Sequence record: MH051914
Direction: 5' to 3' (one strand)
DNA from: Enterobacteria phage vB_EcoM_IME338
DNA length: 64,000 nucleotides
Within the stretch, counting starts at the first letter, position 1, and every line of letters begins with the position of its first letter. This document shows, in pieces, positions 34,759 through 53,999 of this stretch. Both the position numbers and the translations under genes were made by a program. The notes below the pieces were generated by a model. It had not been told where the DNA came from. It searched no databases and saw nothing but the letters and a program-made list of their open reading frames with translations.

Positions 34759-35090
34759 TGGGAACATTAACTATTGATGGTAAGAATAAAATCCTCGCCA
34801 CGCTAACCCCAACGACTATTATTTTACACAATGTAGACCCAACGGCAGACCCTACAGCAAATAAGGTTACTCAGCCAGTGGCTATTTATTTTTCTGAACC
34901 GGATAATGGCTTAATTGCCTCAGAAGACACAGTTAACATTACTGTCCCAGCTTCTGCAACGGTCTCACACTATAGCTTGTGGGATACTAACGATAAATGC
35001 GTGGCAACTGGTGCTCTTAGTAAACCTCAATTCTTTGCTGAAGAAGGTATCTATGTTATCTCTTCAGTCTCTGTAGATTTAAACAAATAG
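34758..35090 (+). CDS. hypothetical head-module protein
   Basis: 110-aa ORF. Confidence 0.5.
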   Translation: MGTLTIDGKNKILATLTPTTIILHNVDPTADPTANKVTQPVAIYFSEPDNGLIASEDTVNITVPASATVSHYSLWDTNDKCVATGALSKPQFFAEEGIYVISSVSVDLNK

Positions 35091-35101
35091 GGTGAGTAAA
35101 A

Positions 35102-36448
35102 ATGAGTTCGAATATCTTCAGACTTGCTGATAGATTATTCAACCAACCTTTACTAGCCACTGAATCATTAGCTCACTCAGCAGCAACTTATGTGAATAAC
35201 AGATTGCTGGGTGATGTCCAAGCAGCAGTAAACTTTGATAAGCCCAAAGGTGACGCAAGAAGTCTTTTAAAAGTAAGAGATGATATTGCTATTATCCCTA
35301 TTATGGGTGGTTTAACTCATCGTATGACATTCATTGATGCAATGTGTACAGGTGGTTTAAGCTCTTATGAAGGTTTACGCAGAGGCTTTGACGAAGCTTT
35401 AGCAGATGAGTCAATCAAGACTATTGTTCTGCACATTGATTCTGGTGGTGGTGAAGCTTCAGGTTGCTTTGAATTAGCACGTCACATTATGGCTTCAAGA
35501 GGCCAAAAGAAAATTATTGCTTATGTAGATGAGTTCGCTTGTTCCGCTGCATATGCTCTTGCATCTTCTGCTGAAGAAATTATTGCGTCACCAGATGCAG
35601 ATGTTGGTTCTATTGGTGTAATCATGGTTCATCAGGAATTAACTAAGGCGTTTGAAAAGAATGGCGTAACAATTAACGTCATCAAAGCTGGTGAGTTTAA
35701 AGGTATGGGTTCACCATTCCAAGCACTTTCAGAAGAAAGCAAAGAAAGACTTCAAAAGAGAATTAATGATACCTACGCAACTTTTACAGGTTTTGTAGCT
35801 GAATCTCGTAATCTCTCTGAAGAAGCTGTAAAGAATACTGAGGCGAATGTTTATTCTGCTCAGGAAGCTCTTGAACTTGGTTTAATTAACTCAATCATGT
35901 CTCAAGATGATTTCTTAAATTACTTACAAGGTTCTGAAGAGGCTCCTGTAAGTTTAAACGTTAACAATTCAGGTGAAGAAATGACTGAACAAGAAAAGCA
36001 AGAACTAGAAGCTTTGCGTCTTCAGGTTGCTCAAATGAAAGCTAAAGAACAGGAAGCTGCTTTGTCAGATTTGACTAATAAGATTTCTGCTTCTGCTGAG
36101 GCTTTTGGATTTGATGCAAAAGAAGCTGCAACGACTATTTTAGGTGCTGGTCTTGATAACCCTCTGAGTGTTCTGTTTATGAATGCTATGGAAGGTGCTA
36201 ACCAGAAACTTAATGAAACTATCGCATCACATGCTTCTGCAATGGAAGAAAAAGAATCAGAAATTACCAAGCTGAAAGAAACTGCTGGTGCTGTTCTTGA
36301 ACATTCCAACGCTATGGAAGAAATGGGTAATGACGGCGAAGCTGATTTGGTTGAAGAAGAAAAAGAACCAGCTAAGAATGCTTCCGAAGACACCGCTGAA
36401 CAACGCAAACTGGCTCTCCAGAATGCTCTAAAATCTCTTATCAAATAA
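35102..36448 (+). CDS. prohead protease (ClpP/S49-like) fused to scaffold-like C-terminal region
   Basis: IDSGGGEASGC and CSAAYALASSA protease blocks; C-terminal E/A/K-rich coiled-coil-like region. Confidence 0.65.
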   Translation: MSSNIFRLADRLFNQPLLATESLAHSAATYVNNRLLGDVQAAVNFDKPKGDARSLLKVRDDIAIIPIMGGLTHRMTFIDAMCTGGLSSYEGLRRGFDEALADESIKTIVLHIDSGGGEASGCFELARHIMASRGQKKIIAYVDEFACSAAYALASSAEEIIASPDADVGSIGVIMVHQELTKAFEKNGVTINVIKAGEFKGMGSPFQALSEESKERLQKRINDTYATFTGFVAESRNLSEEAVKNTEANVYSAQEALELGLINSIMSQDDFLNYLQGSEEAPVSLNVNNSGEEMTEQEKQELEALRLQVAQMKAKEQEAALSDLTNKISASAEAFGFDAKEAATTILGAGLDNPLSVLFMNAMEGANQKLNETIASHASAMEEKESEITKLKETAGAVLEHSNAMEEMGNDGEADLVEEEKEPAKNASEDTAEQRKLALQNALKSLIK

Positions 36449-36459
36449 GGAACACAATA

Positions 36460-36837
36460 ATGGCATATCAAGGTTTTACTAAGTTAGGTAACAGAGAACC
36501 TCTGAATGATATCATTCTTTGGGAACAGATTACCCCAACAGGCCACTCTCGTAAAGAGTACACCCCACAGGCATCTACAGAATATCGTGTAGGTGAGGTT
36601 CTGAAAGCAGATGGTACTAAGGTTACAGCAGGGCAAGAGGCTCAGGCTGATTCAGTATGTATCGTTAACTTTTATGCAGACCTGCAACTGTCTTATCATG
36701 GTCAGTTGAAAGTTGTTGGTATTTACCGCGACGCAGAACTGAAAGACATGCTTACTCTTGAGTCTGGTGTTAATGCTGAGAACGTCAAGAAAGCTCTGGC
36801 TGCTAAAGGTATTGATTTCGTACCAACTGGCCTGTAA
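36460..36837 (+). CDS. head decoration protein (candidate), by position
   Basis: 125-aa ORF between protease/scaffold and major capsid gene. Confidence 0.4.
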   Translation: MAYQGFTKLGNREPLNDIILWEQITPTGHSRKEYTPQASTEYRVGEVLKADGTKVTAGQEAQADSVCIVNFYADLQLSYHGQLKVVGIYRDAELKDMLTLESGVNAENVKKALAAKGIDFVPTGL

Positions 36838-36870
36838 TAACAATAATAAGACATTCTGGAGAATTTTACA

Positions 36871-37974
36871 ATGTTGACTAATTCTGAAAAAAGCAGATTT
36901 TTCCTTGCTGACCTGACTGGTGAAGTCCAGTCTATCCCAAATACTTATGGGTATATTTCCAACTTAGGTCTGTTCCGTTCAGCACCAATCACCCAAACTA
37001 CTTTCCTTATGGACTTGACTGATTGGGATGTTAGCTTGCTTGATGCAGTAGACCGTGATAGCCGTAAAGCAGAGACTAGCGCACCTGAGCGTGTTCGTCA
37101 AATCAGCTTCCCAATGATGTACTTCAAAGAAGTTGAAAGCATCACTCCTGATGAAATTCAGGGTGTACGTCAGCCAGGCACTGCAAACGAGCTTACTACT
37201 GAAGCTGTAGTACGTGCTAAGAAGCTGATGAAGATTCGTACCAAGTTTGATATTACTCGTGAGTTCCTGTTTATGCAAGCTCTGAAGGGTAAAGTTGTTG
37301 ATGCTCGTGGTACTCTGTACGCTGACCTGTACAAGCAGTTCGACGTTGAGAAGAAGACTGTTTACTTCGACCTTGACAACCCTAATGCTGACATCGACGC
37401 TTCTATTGAAGAACTGCGTATGCACATGGAAGACGAAGCTAAGACTGGTACTGTAATCAACGGTGAAGAAATTCACGTAGTTGTTGACCGTGTATTCTTC
37501 AGCAAACTGGTTAAGCATCCTAAGATTCGTGACGCTTATCTTGCACAGCAGACTCCGCTGGCTTGGCAACAGATTACTGGTTCTCTGAGAACTGGTGGCA
37601 CTGACGGCGTTCAGGCTCATATGAACACCTTCTACTACGGTGGTGTTAAGTTTGTCCAGTACAACGGTAAGTTCAAAGACAAGCGTGGTAAGGTTCACAC
37701 TCTGGTGAGCATTGACAGCGTAGCAGACACTGTTGGTGTAGGTCATGCTTTCCCTAACGTATCTATGCTGGGTGAAGCAAACAACATCTTCGAAGTGGCT
37801 TATGGTCCATGTCCTAAGATGGGTTATGCAAATACACTTGGTCAGGAACTGTACGTATTCGAATATGAAAAAGACCGTGACGAAGGTATTGACTTCGAAG
37901 CTCACTCTTACATGCTGCCATACTGTACTCGTCCTCAGTTGCTGGTAGATGTTCGCGCTGACGCTAAAAAATAA
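36871..37974 (+). CDS. major capsid protein
   Basis: 367 aa, strong RBS, position after protease/scaffold, codon usage typical of highly expressed genes. Confidence 0.65.
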   Translation: MLTNSEKSRFFLADLTGEVQSIPNTYGYISNLGLFRSAPITQTTFLMDLTDWDVSLLDAVDRDSRKAETSAPERVRQISFPMMYFKEVESITPDEIQGVRQPGTANELTTEAVVRAKKLMKIRTKFDITREFLFMQALKGKVVDARGTLYADLYKQFDVEKKTVYFDLDNPNADIDASIEELRMHMEDEAKTGTVINGEEIHVVVDRVFFSKLVKHPKIRDAYLAQQTPLAWQQITGSLRTGGTDGVQAHMNTFYYGGVKFVQYNGKFKDKRGKVHTLVSIDSVADTVGVGHAFPNVSMLGEANNIFEVAYGPCPKMGYANTLGQELYVFEYEKDRDEGIDFEAHSYMLPYCTRPQLLVDVRADAKK

Positions 37975-37995
37975 TATTCTTAAGGAGGGTTATGA

Positions 37996-38445
37996 ATGTG
38001 CTATACAGGCGACCCAGCCAATAACCCTCTTGATAGAGTAAGAATCCTCTGCACAGACACCAATAATGATGAAATTCTTATTGAACAGTCTGTGCTAGAG
38101 TGGTTCTATCTAGAATCTGGAAAGGATGAAAAGAAAGCAGCCATCAAAGCTCTTAAATATTTACTCTTTCAAGTAGCCAAGATGGGAGATGAGAAGGTTG
38201 GTGGTGTTTATTTACGTAACTCTTCCAGATTCAAATCTCTGAAAGCTGTTTATGACGACCTTGTTAAAAGCTCTGTTTCAGGACTACCCTATGCAGGTGG
38301 TATTAATCAGTGTGATATTGACATGCGTCGTCATAATCCTTGCTCTGTCAAGAAATACACAGAATATGGTGATGCTGCCAGATACGAAGGCAGAGATTAC
38401 TGCAACCGTGTTAATGGCGTATTTATTATCGAGCGAGATGAATAA
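37996..38445 (+). CDS. hypothetical head-tail joining protein
   Basis: 149-aa ORF, AAGGAGGG RBS. Confidence 0.5.
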   Translation: MCYTGDPANNPLDRVRILCTDTNNDEILIEQSVLEWFYLESGKDEKKAAIKALKYLLFQVAKMGDEKVGGVYLRNSSRFKSLKAVYDDLVKSSVSGLPYAGGINQCDIDMRRHNPCSVKKYTEYGDAARYEGRDYCNRVNGVFIIERDE

Positions 38446-38927
38446 TGGTTAAAAGGGTTATTCACCCCGCTAGAGCAAAATTAGTCGGGGCTATGAAGAA
38501 CTTGCAAACGGCTAATGCTCAAGTTGGGTATTTTCAAGAACAAGGTCAACATAGCTCTGGTTTTTCTTATCCTGCTTTAATGTATTTACAAGAAGTTATT
38601 GGGGTTCCTTCAGCTTCTGGTAAAGTATATCGTAGGTTGTTTGAAATCACTATGATGCTAAACAAACAGACCTTGTTAGAGCAGACTAAGAAGAATCTAT
38701 ATAAGCAACTTAGAAGTCTCAACACGGACCCTTCAAATACCTTAGAAGCATTTGCAAAGAATGCTCAAAAGGCAATTAAAAGAGGTTTTGGTAATTCTGC
38801 TATCCTCCCTCCTAACGCACCTTCCACAGTCAAGAAAAAAGGCTTTAATGCACCTCTTGTTGAGACAGGTGATTTAAGGGAGAACCTTGCTTATAAAATT
38901 TCTACTAAGAAGGGTATTAAAAAATGA
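38445..38927 (+). CDS. hypothetical head-tail joining protein
   Basis: 160-aa ORF, overlapping start/stop. Confidence 0.5.
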   Translation: MVKRVIHPARAKLVGAMKNLQTANAQVGYFQEQGQHSSGFSYPALMYLQEVIGVPSASGKVYRRLFEITMMLNKQTLLEQTKKNLYKQLRSLNTDPSNTLEAFAKNAQKAIKRGFGNSAILPPNAPSTVKKKGFNAPLVETGDLRENLAYKISTKKGIKK

Positions 38928-39325
38928 GACTCTTAAACAGACACAGCTTTGTAGTAAAGCGTAAAGTCTCTGAAGATGGTTATTATAATGATGATGGTGA
39001 TTGGGTAGCTTCACAAGATATTGTAGAGGTTAACTGTAAAGGTAATATCCAGCCATATATCAAAGGTTCTGTAAAGAATGGTACACAGATTGCTTTACCG
39101 GAAGGTATTAGGCTTACCGATACAAGAATCCTGTATACCACATATAAGCTTAGAACTTCAGATGATGTAGAGTGGAATGAGTCTGACATTGTTATGATTG
39201 ATGGTCATGAGTATGAAGTATTTATGACTATGGATTGGTCACAGCAATTAGCCCATACGTCCCATTATGAATATATCATTATTAGAAGGGATAAAATGAA
39301 TGCAGTTAGAAACAGCAGAACTTGA
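38924..39325 (+). CDS. hypothetical head-tail joining protein
   Basis: 133-aa ORF. Confidence 0.5.
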   Translation: MRLLNRHSFVVKRKVSEDGYYNDDGDWVASQDIVEVNCKGNIQPYIKGSVKNGTQIALPEGIRLTDTRILYTTYKLRTSDDVEWNESDIVMIDGHEYEVFMTMDWSQQLAHTSHYEYIIIRRDKMNAVRNSRT

Positions 39326-39899
39326 AAAAGGTCTAGTTAGAACCTTAGTGGATGTTATTGGTCACAGACTAGCTCGTGATAAAAATAATAGACCAAACGT
39401 AATTAGAGCTTACCCTTCTGATAACTCAAATGACAAAGGTTTAAAACCTGACCAGCCATTTATTACCGTATATTGTCAAGATGCTGCAACACCTTATGGT
39501 TGGGTTCTTGATAAGTTTGTTGAGGATGATGTAGTTTGCTACAGAATTGCTTTTCAGATTCCAGTATTAATTACGGTAAATGGTAAAGGTGCTCACAGTA
39601 TTATGCTTGAGCTTAAACAAAGATTAGAGATGAGTTCAGTCAGAGATTTAATCCTTGAAGAAACAGGAGCTACAGTACTGGACACTGGAGCAATCCCGAA
39701 TGACTATACTTATCTCAATACAGATTTCGAAAATTCTGCACCTCTTGTTGTAACTCTTGTAAAAAACTCAGTCCTGAAAGATGAACGTGGAAGTATTATT
39801 GAGCGTGTCATTGTTGATGGTGAGTTGGTTTATGAAGAAGGACAAGAGCCACCAGAATATACTATCCATCTAGATGTAGACTCCAAAGGGGTAAAATAA
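39300..39899 (+). CDS. hypothetical tail completion protein
   Basis: 199-aa ORF. Confidence 0.5.
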   Translation: MQLETAELEKGLVRTLVDVIGHRLARDKNNRPNVIRAYPSDNSNDKGLKPDQPFITVYCQDAATPYGWVLDKFVEDDVVCYRIAFQIPVLITVNGKGAHSIMLELKQRLEMSSVRDLILEETGATVLDTGAIPNDYTYLNTDFENSAPLVVTLVKNSVLKDERGSIIERVIVDGELVYEEGQEPPEYTIHLDVDSKGVK

Positions 39900-41252
39900 A
39901 TGTGGAATCCAATTGTTAATGTAGATATTACATTGAACACCGCAGGAACTACAAGAGAAGGTTTTGGCTTGCCACTATTCTTAGCTTCAACAGATAACTT
40001 TGAAGAAAGAGTGCGTGGTTACACTTCCTTAACTGAAGTTGCTGAAGATTTCGATGAGAGGTCTGCTGCATATAAGGCTGCTAAACAACTTTGGAGTCAG
40101 ACTCCTAAAGTAACTCAGCTTTATATTGGTAGACGTGCTATGCAGTACACTGTATCAATTCCTGATGCCGTTACCGAAAGTACAGACTACTCAATTACTG
40201 TTGCTGTTGGTGGTGGAATTTCTCAACCATACCAGTACACAGCACTGAAATCAGACACTGCTGAGAAAGTTTTGCAACAGTTTAAAACACAGATTGAAGC
40301 TGACCAAACAATCAAAGATAAGGTTTCTGTGAATGTGACTGGTAGCAATGGCTCTGCCACAATGATTATTACCAAAGCTGGTGATAATGACTTTGTGAAA
40401 GTAACAACCACAGCAAAGACTGTATATATTGCAAGTACAACTGCCGATACAGCATCAACTGCTCTGGCAGCTATTGAAGCCTATTCTACTGACTGGTATT
40501 TCATTGCAGCAGAAGATAGAACTCAACAGTTTGTCTTAGCAATGGCTTCTGAGATTCAAGCCCGTAAGAAGATTTTCTTTACAGCTAACTCTGGTGTAAC
40601 AGCCCTACAAGGCACAGAATTAGCCAGTGCAAATGATGTTCCAGCACAGCTTGCTAAGGGTATGTATACTCGCACAGTTTGCTTGTGGCATCACACAGCG
40701 GCAGAAGATTATCCAGAGATGGCATACATTGCTTATGGTGCTCCATATGATGCAGGTTCAATTGCTTGGGGTAATGCTCAGCTAACTGGTGTAGCTGCTT
40801 CTCTACAGCCAGCTAATAAGAGACCTCTGACAAGTATTCAGAAGTCAGCTTTAGATGCACGTCACTGTAACTTTATTGACCTTGATGGTGGTGTTCCAGT
40901 GGTTCGTAGGGGGATTACTTCTGGTGGGGAATGGATTGATATCGTCCGTGGTGTTGACTGGTTAGAATCAGACCTGAAAACTTCTCTGAGAGACTTGCTA
41001 ATTAATCAGAAGGGTGGTAAGATTACTTATGATGATACTGGTATTACCCGTATTCGTCAAGTCATTGAAACCTCTCTGCAAAGAGCAGTCAACAGAAACT
41101 TCCTGTCATCTTACACAGTTAATGTTCCTAAAGCCTCTCAAGTTGCTTTGGCAGACAAGAAAGCGCGTATCCTGAAAGATGTTACCTTCGCAGGTATCTT
41201 AGCAGGGGCTATCTTGGATGTTGACTTGAAAGGTACAGTGGCTTACGAATAA
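39900..41252 (+). CDS. tail sheath protein (candidate)
   Basis: 450 aa immediately upstream of small tube-like gene; gene order sheath-tube-chaperones-tape measure. Confidence 0.55.
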   Translation: MWNPIVNVDITLNTAGTTREGFGLPLFLASTDNFEERVRGYTSLTEVAEDFDERSAAYKAAKQLWSQTPKVTQLYIGRRAMQYTVSIPDAVTESTDYSITVAVGGGISQPYQYTALKSDTAEKVLQQFKTQIEADQTIKDKVSVNVTGSNGSATMIITKAGDNDFVKVTTTAKTVYIASTTADTASTALAAIEAYSTDWYFIAAEDRTQQFVLAMASEIQARKKIFFTANSGVTALQGTELASANDVPAQLAKGMYTRTVCLWHHTAAEDYPEMAYIAYGAPYDAGSIAWGNAQLTGVAASLQPANKRPLTSIQKSALDARHCNFIDLDGGVPVVRRGITSGGEWIDIVRGVDWLESDLKTSLRDLLINQKGGKITYDDTGITRIRQVIETSLQRAVNRNFLSSYTVNVPKASQVALADKKARILKDVTFAGILAGAILDVDLKGTVAYE

Positions 41253-41267
41253 TAGAGGTAAATTGGA

Positions 41268-41714
41268 ATGGCTATGTATCAGCAATATTCCCCTAAAGAC
41301 GTTGTATGTAGCTGGAATGGTATTGCCATTGAAGGCTTTGCCCCAGACTCATTCTTACGTCTACAGAGAACATCGCCACTTGTGACACCAGTTGTTGGTG
41401 CAGGTGGTCAAGTTGCTCTGACAAGAAATGCAGACAAGACAGGTACTATTGAGATTGAGCTAATGCAGACTTCTCTCTCTAACCAGATGCTTTCTGCAAT
41501 TCAAGCTAAACAAGACAATATGGAACTTGAAGAAGATATCTCTTCTAACTTCGTAATCTACGACCCATCAGGCTCTGTTCTGGCAACTGGTATTAATGCT
41601 TGGTTGCAGGAATTACCACAGGTTGAACTTGGTCGTGACCAGAACTCTAAAACTTGGATTTTTGGTTGTGAGAAGTTAGACTACACTTCTACAATTCCAG
41701 CGTCAAGTGTTTAA
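41268..41714 (+). CDS. tail tube protein (candidate)
   Basis: 148 aa after sheath, followed by strong terminator. Confidence 0.5.
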   Translation: MAMYQQYSPKDVVCSWNGIAIEGFAPDSFLRLQRTSPLVTPVVGAGGQVALTRNADKTGTIEIELMQTSLSNQMLSAIQAKQDNMELEEDISSNFVIYDPSGSVLATGINAWLQELPQVELGRDQNSKTWIFGCEKLDYTSTIPASSV

Positions 41715-41726
41715 TAAATCCTATAA

Positions 41727-41758
41727 GGGGGAGACTTTAAAAGGTCTTCCCCTTTTTT
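41727..41758 (+). terminator. rho-independent terminator
   Basis: GGGGGAGAC-loop-GTCTTCCCC followed by T6. Confidence 0.7.
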
Positions 41759-41787
41759 GTTTCTTTTAAAAGTATTAAGGAATCACA

Positions 41788-42186
41788 ATGAAAACAGAAT
41801 CTAGAGTAATTAACGGTAAGAAAGTGAATATCATTCTGCTTGGGGCAAGAGATGGTATTAAGATGTCTATGAAGTTGGGTAAAATTGTTGTTCCAACTTT
41901 TGCACAGATGCTATCAAGTCTGACTGATAAAGATAAGAAAGAAGTTCCAATGGTTCCATTTAAAGAACTTGTTGAAGCTTGTTTTGACAGAATTGAAGAA
42001 ATTAACCTTGAAGAAATGGCTACCCTGTTATTTCAAGGGGCAACTGTTGATGACTTCCCACTTAATATTGATACATACTTCCAAGCAAACTATGGTGAGT
42101 TTATTGATTACTTAGCATTTGCGCTGGAGGCAAACTTCGGAAGTTTTTTCGAAGCAAGCATTTTCAAAAGCCTAACTTCTCAGTAA
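41788..42186 (+). CDS. tail assembly chaperone (candidate)
   Basis: 132 aa upstream of tape measure. Confidence 0.45.
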   Translation: MKTESRVINGKKVNIILLGARDGIKMSMKLGKIVVPTFAQMLSSLTDKDKKEVPMVPFKELVEACFDRIEEINLEEMATLLFQGATVDDFPLNIDTYFQANYGEFIDYLAFALEANFGSFFEASIFKSLTSQ

Positions 42187-42188
42187 AC

Positions 42189-42427
42189 ATGGGCAATACT
42201 CTACAGACACCACTGACTGATGCTGCTGTAGAGGCAACCTATGAAGAAGCAGACGAGATGAAATTTGTGCTTGCTATTTATGGTATGGAAGGGTGTAAAG
42301 AAACACTTGACCAACTCTTTGCTATGACATTCTCTGATTTATTATCATTGAGACAATTTCTTGAGATTCAGAGGTCGTATAAAGAGGAAATTGCTTACAA
42401 CGAACTTAGAAGAGCAGGAAAAATGTA

Positions 42428-42428
<1 letters not shown>
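42189..42428 (+). CDS. tail assembly chaperone, second ORF (candidate)
   Basis: 79 aa between chaperone and tape measure. Confidence 0.4.
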
Positions 42429-50426
<7,998 letters not shown>

Positions 50427-50428
50427 TA

Positions 50429-51601
50429 ATGGCAGTAGGTGAAATTCAAATTAGTGCCTTGCCTCAAGCAGCCTTACCAATTGACCTTAGTGATATCTTC
50501 CATCTTAAGCAGGGTATTGAGGATAAGAGGTGCACTCTTGAGCAATTACTTGCCCCACACGCAAGTCTAAAAAATAACCCTCATGGTGTTACTAAAACAC
50601 AAATTGGTTTAGATAATGTTATTAATGCTCTTCAGTTAGTCGCTGCAAATAACTTATCAGATATTGTTAATGTAGCTGAGGCAAGAGCAAATCTACAGAT
50701 TATGTCTTCAGAAGAGGTTAATAACCTTGTCCAGCAACATATCAAGGACAAGAGTAACCCACACAATACAACTAAGGCACAGGTTGGTTTAAGTAACGTT
50801 CAGAACTGGACAACATCCAACCTTTATAATGAAGATGCAGATAAGTACGCTACAGCAAGAGCAGTAAATAACTTGTACAAGGCTGTTCAGGCTTCTTATC
50901 CAGTAGGTACTATCCATCTTTCTATGAACTCTGCAAACCCTTCTACATATTTAATTTGTGGAGGCACTTGGGAGTTAGTTTCAAAAGGTAGGGCATTGGT
51001 TGGTTATGCCTCTGATGCAAGACCAGCAGGTTCTGTATTTGGTGCTTCAACTGTCACTTTGTCAGTTAATAACATGCCTCAACACTCACACTCTGTGTCT
51101 CTTAGTGGTGGTGGTCACACTCATAATGCAACTGTGTCAATTTCAGCTTTTGACTATGGGACTAAGACTACCAACTCTTTTGACTATGGAACAAAAGATA
51201 CCAATACAACTGGTAACCATACACACAACGTATCAGGTAACACAAGTACAGATGGCACTCACAACCATGATGTGTACCCTAGAGAAAATGATGGTACTGG
51301 TAATGCTGTAGCTGACTCTGATGGTGGTGGTGCATGGAGAACATCAAGAACTTCTAGTGACGGTGCACACTCACACAGTTTTAACGTCACATCTGGTGCA
51401 TCAGGTGACCACAGCCACACGGTTGGTATTGGTGCTCACAGTCATACTGTTGGTATTGGCTCACATACACACAATGGTACTGTGGCAGTTTCTTCTTCTG
51501 AGCATACGCATAGTGGGGACACTAATAGTATTGGTGGTGGACAAGCTTTCAACATTGAGCAGCCATCCTTCGTACTGTATGTATGGCAGAGAACAGCTTA
51601 A
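50429..51601 (+). CDS. tail fiber protein with C-terminal HxH repeat domain
   Basis: repeated HSHS/HTHN/GDHSHTVGIGAHSHTVGIGSHTHNG motifs. Confidence 0.6.
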   Translation: MAVGEIQISALPQAALPIDLSDIFHLKQGIEDKRCTLEQLLAPHASLKNNPHGVTKTQIGLDNVINALQLVAANNLSDIVNVAEARANLQIMSSEEVNNLVQQHIKDKSNPHNTTKAQVGLSNVQNWTTSNLYNEDADKYATARAVNNLYKAVQASYPVGTIHLSMNSANPSTYLICGGTWELVSKGRALVGYASDARPAGSVFGASTVTLSVNNMPQHSHSVSLSGGGHTHNATVSISAFDYGTKTTNSFDYGTKDTNTTGNHTHNVSGNTSTDGTHNHDVYPRENDGTGNAVADSDGGGAWRTSRTSSDGAHSHSFNVTSGASGDHSHTVGIGAHSHTVGIGSHTHNGTVAVSSSEHTHSGDTNSIGGGQAFNIEQPSFVLYVWQRTA

Positions 51602-51610
51602 TTTCTTTAC

Positions 51611-51631
51611 AGGGGCTTTATAGCCCCTTTT
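51611..51631 (+). terminator. rho-independent terminator
   Basis: GGGGC-TTTATA-GCCCC followed by T4. Confidence 0.6.
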
Positions 51632-51647
51632 AAGAGGAAAATTTATA

Positions 51648-53999
51648 ATGGCAGATTACAAATTGAGTCAATTAAACTCAATCGATACAATCCGTTCAGA
51701 TGACCTTCTTCATGTCAGAGTTAAAAAGAGACCTGAAATGCTGGGTGATGAAGACCGTCGAATGACCTATCAAGACTTCTTAGCATCTTTTAAACTAGAA
51801 AGATTTGTCCAGATTGCTGGTAGTACTATGACGGGTGACTTAGGTATTGTTAAGCTACTCTATGGTGGTAAGGCAGTATTTGACCCAACAGGCTCTTCTG
51901 AGATTACTATTGGGGATGTTTTAAAGACTTTTAAAATCAACGCAAACGACCTTAGACTAACTATTGCAGATGCTTCAAGGTCAGCAACTGTTTATCATAC
52001 TCTGAATAAACCAAGTCCTAATGAACTTGGGATGAGAACTAATGAAGAGAATGATGCAAGATACTCAAGATTAGCTGCAAATAACATCTTTACATTCCAG
52101 CAGGTTATTCAAGCAAATGGTGAGGCTATTAGGTTAAAAAACTCTTCTGAGAACTCACCGTTGTATATCAGAGGTCAGGATAGCGCTGGGAATAATAGGT
52201 GGTATGTAGGTAATGATTCGGGGAATGATGATGTTCTTATCTACAACAACAAGACAGGCTCTCAAGTTATCATCACTAATGATGTTGCTGTCAATAAAAC
52301 ACTGAGAATCACTGGTCAAGTTCAACCATCCGACTTCTCTAACTTAGATGCTAGATACTTTACTCAGACAGTTGCTAATCAGAGATTTGCACAGTTAGCT
52401 GAAAATAATACTTTCAGTGGTTTAAACAAATTTAATAACTATGTTAGTGTTAGCTCTAATGCTGCTGCTATCGTGCTAAAAAATAAAGCTGTCAATGAAT
52501 CTTTGTTCATCCTAGCAAAAGATATTGAAGACAATAATCTGTGGTATATTGGTAAAGGTGATGCAAACGACAATATCACATTTTACGATTACAAGGGTGG
52601 TACTTCTCTTGTCTTCAACTCGTCTGGTGCTGCATTTAACAAACCTGTAAAAATCACTGGTCAAGTTCAACCTTCCGATTGGACCAACATTGACTCTAGA
52701 TACATTCCAGCAGGGACTTTGAGTAATCTTGCTAAGCTAAGTGATGTAAACACTTTTAGGATTGCACAGATTATTAATCAGAATGGCTCATTGTTACAGC
52801 TAAAGAATACTACACAAGACAAAGAGCTATACTTTGCTGGTCATAATGCTGATGGTGTTAGAAGGTGGTACATTGGGAATGGGGAAACATCCAACCCAAA
52901 AAGATTTATTATCCATAACGACAGAACTGCAACTACGATTTACATGGAAGATGATTTCTTGTTGAATAAAACAGTCAGAGTTAATGGTCAAGTTCAACCT
53001 TCTAATTGGTCTAACTTAGATAATAGATATTTTGTTAAGACTAAGCTATTAGACCAATCCTTAATGACTGTAACTGTAAATAACCTTGAAGACCATCCAG
53101 CATTTAATCTTGGATACTCAGGTTTTGTCAGAAATAACGGCGTTACTGATGGCTTGAGAGATTTGGCAATTCATGTTGCGCACTCTAGTAAGACTGCTGC
53201 ATATGCAAGGGGTATCTCTTTTTCGTACGGCTCAATGGGTTTAGGAGTATTCACCTATGCCTATGATGACGAGGGTGAATACGCTGGAGAAGCACAGTTT
53301 TATACAACTGATTTTAAACCAACCCCTTCAGATATTGGTGCATACACTAAAGCTGAAACTGACCAGAAGATTGCACAGGCAATTAGTGACTCTACAGACC
53401 TTAATAAAATCTATCCAGTAGGTATTGTAACGTGGTTTAACAGTAATGTTAACCCTAATACAGCACTTCCTGGGTTAACTTGGACGTACCTGAACAATGG
53501 TGTTGGTAGAACTATCAGAATCGCAGCAGCAAACGGTTCAGATGTTGCTACAACTGGTGGTTCAGACTCTGTAACTTTAGATGTTGGTAACTTACCATCA
53601 CACACTCACAGTTTCTCTGCTACCACTTCATCTTTTGACTATGGTACGAAGGGAACTAACACTACGGGTGGACACACTCACTCTGGTAGTGGTTCTACTA
53701 GCACAAATGGTGGGCACACCCACTACATTGAGGCGTGGAACGGTACTGGTGTAGGTGGTAATAGGACTTCATCATATGCTGTATCATACAGGAGTGGTGG
53801 TCATGAAACTTATGCATCAGGTGACCACAGCCATACTTTCTCTTTTGGTACTAGCGGTGCTGGTGACCATTCCCACTCTGTAGCTATTGGTGCTCACACC
53901 CACACAGTTAGTGGTAACACTGGTAGTACAGGTTCTGGTTCGGCATTTAGTGTTACTAACCAGTTCTACAAGTTAATGGCTTGGGTAAGAACTGCTTAA
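51648..53999 (+). CDS. long tail fiber protein with three internal repeats and C-terminal HxH domain
   Basis: three repeats of ITGQVQPSD(F/W)(S/T)N(L/I)D(A/S)RY; C-terminal domain homologous to 50429-51601. Confidence 0.6.
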   Translation: MADYKLSQLNSIDTIRSDDLLHVRVKKRPEMLGDEDRRMTYQDFLASFKLERFVQIAGSTMTGDLGIVKLLYGGKAVFDPTGSSEITIGDVLKTFKINANDLRLTIADASRSATVYHTLNKPSPNELGMRTNEENDARYSRLAANNIFTFQQVIQANGEAIRLKNSSENSPLYIRGQDSAGNNRWYVGNDSGNDDVLIYNNKTGSQVIITNDVAVNKTLRITGQVQPSDFSNLDARYFTQTVANQRFAQLAENNTFSGLNKFNNYVSVSSNAAAIVLKNKAVNESLFILAKDIEDNNLWYIGKGDANDNITFYDYKGGTSLVFNSSGAAFNKPVKITGQVQPSDWTNIDSRYIPAGTLSNLAKLSDVNTFRIAQIINQNGSLLQLKNTTQDKELYFAGHNADGVRRWYIGNGETSNPKRFIIHNDRTATTIYMEDDFLLNKTVRVNGQVQPSNWSNLDNRYFVKTKLLDQSLMTVTVNNLEDHPAFNLGYSGFVRNNGVTDGLRDLAIHVAHSSKTAAYARGISFSYGSMGLGVFTYAYDDEGEYAGEAQFYTTDFKPTPSDIGAYTKAETDQKIAQAISDSTDLNKIYPVGIVTWFNSNVNPNTALPGLTWTYLNNGVGRTIRIAAANGSDVATTGGSDSVTLDVGNLPSHTHSFSATTSSFDYGTKGTNTTGGHTHSGSGSTSTNGGHTHYIEAWNGTGVGGNRTSSYAVSYRSGGHETYASGDHSHTFSFGTSGAGDHSHSVAIGAHTHTVSGNTGSTGSGSAFSVTNQFYKLMAWVRTA

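Noticed and set aside
36031-36471. 146-aa minus-strand ORF
   Set aside because: Antisense to the Ala/Glu-rich scaffold region of the prohead protease gene; Ala/Ser-rich mirror product typical of a shadow ORF.
36979-37905. 308-aa minus-strand ORF
   Set aside because: Lies entirely antisense within the major capsid gene; low-complexity product without RBS context; treated as a shadow ORF.
51000-51623. Two plus-strand alternative-frame ORFs (103 and 100 aa)
   Set aside because: Inside the tail fiber gene; products are low-complexity His/Thr/Val/Leu strings created by the HxH repeat codons.
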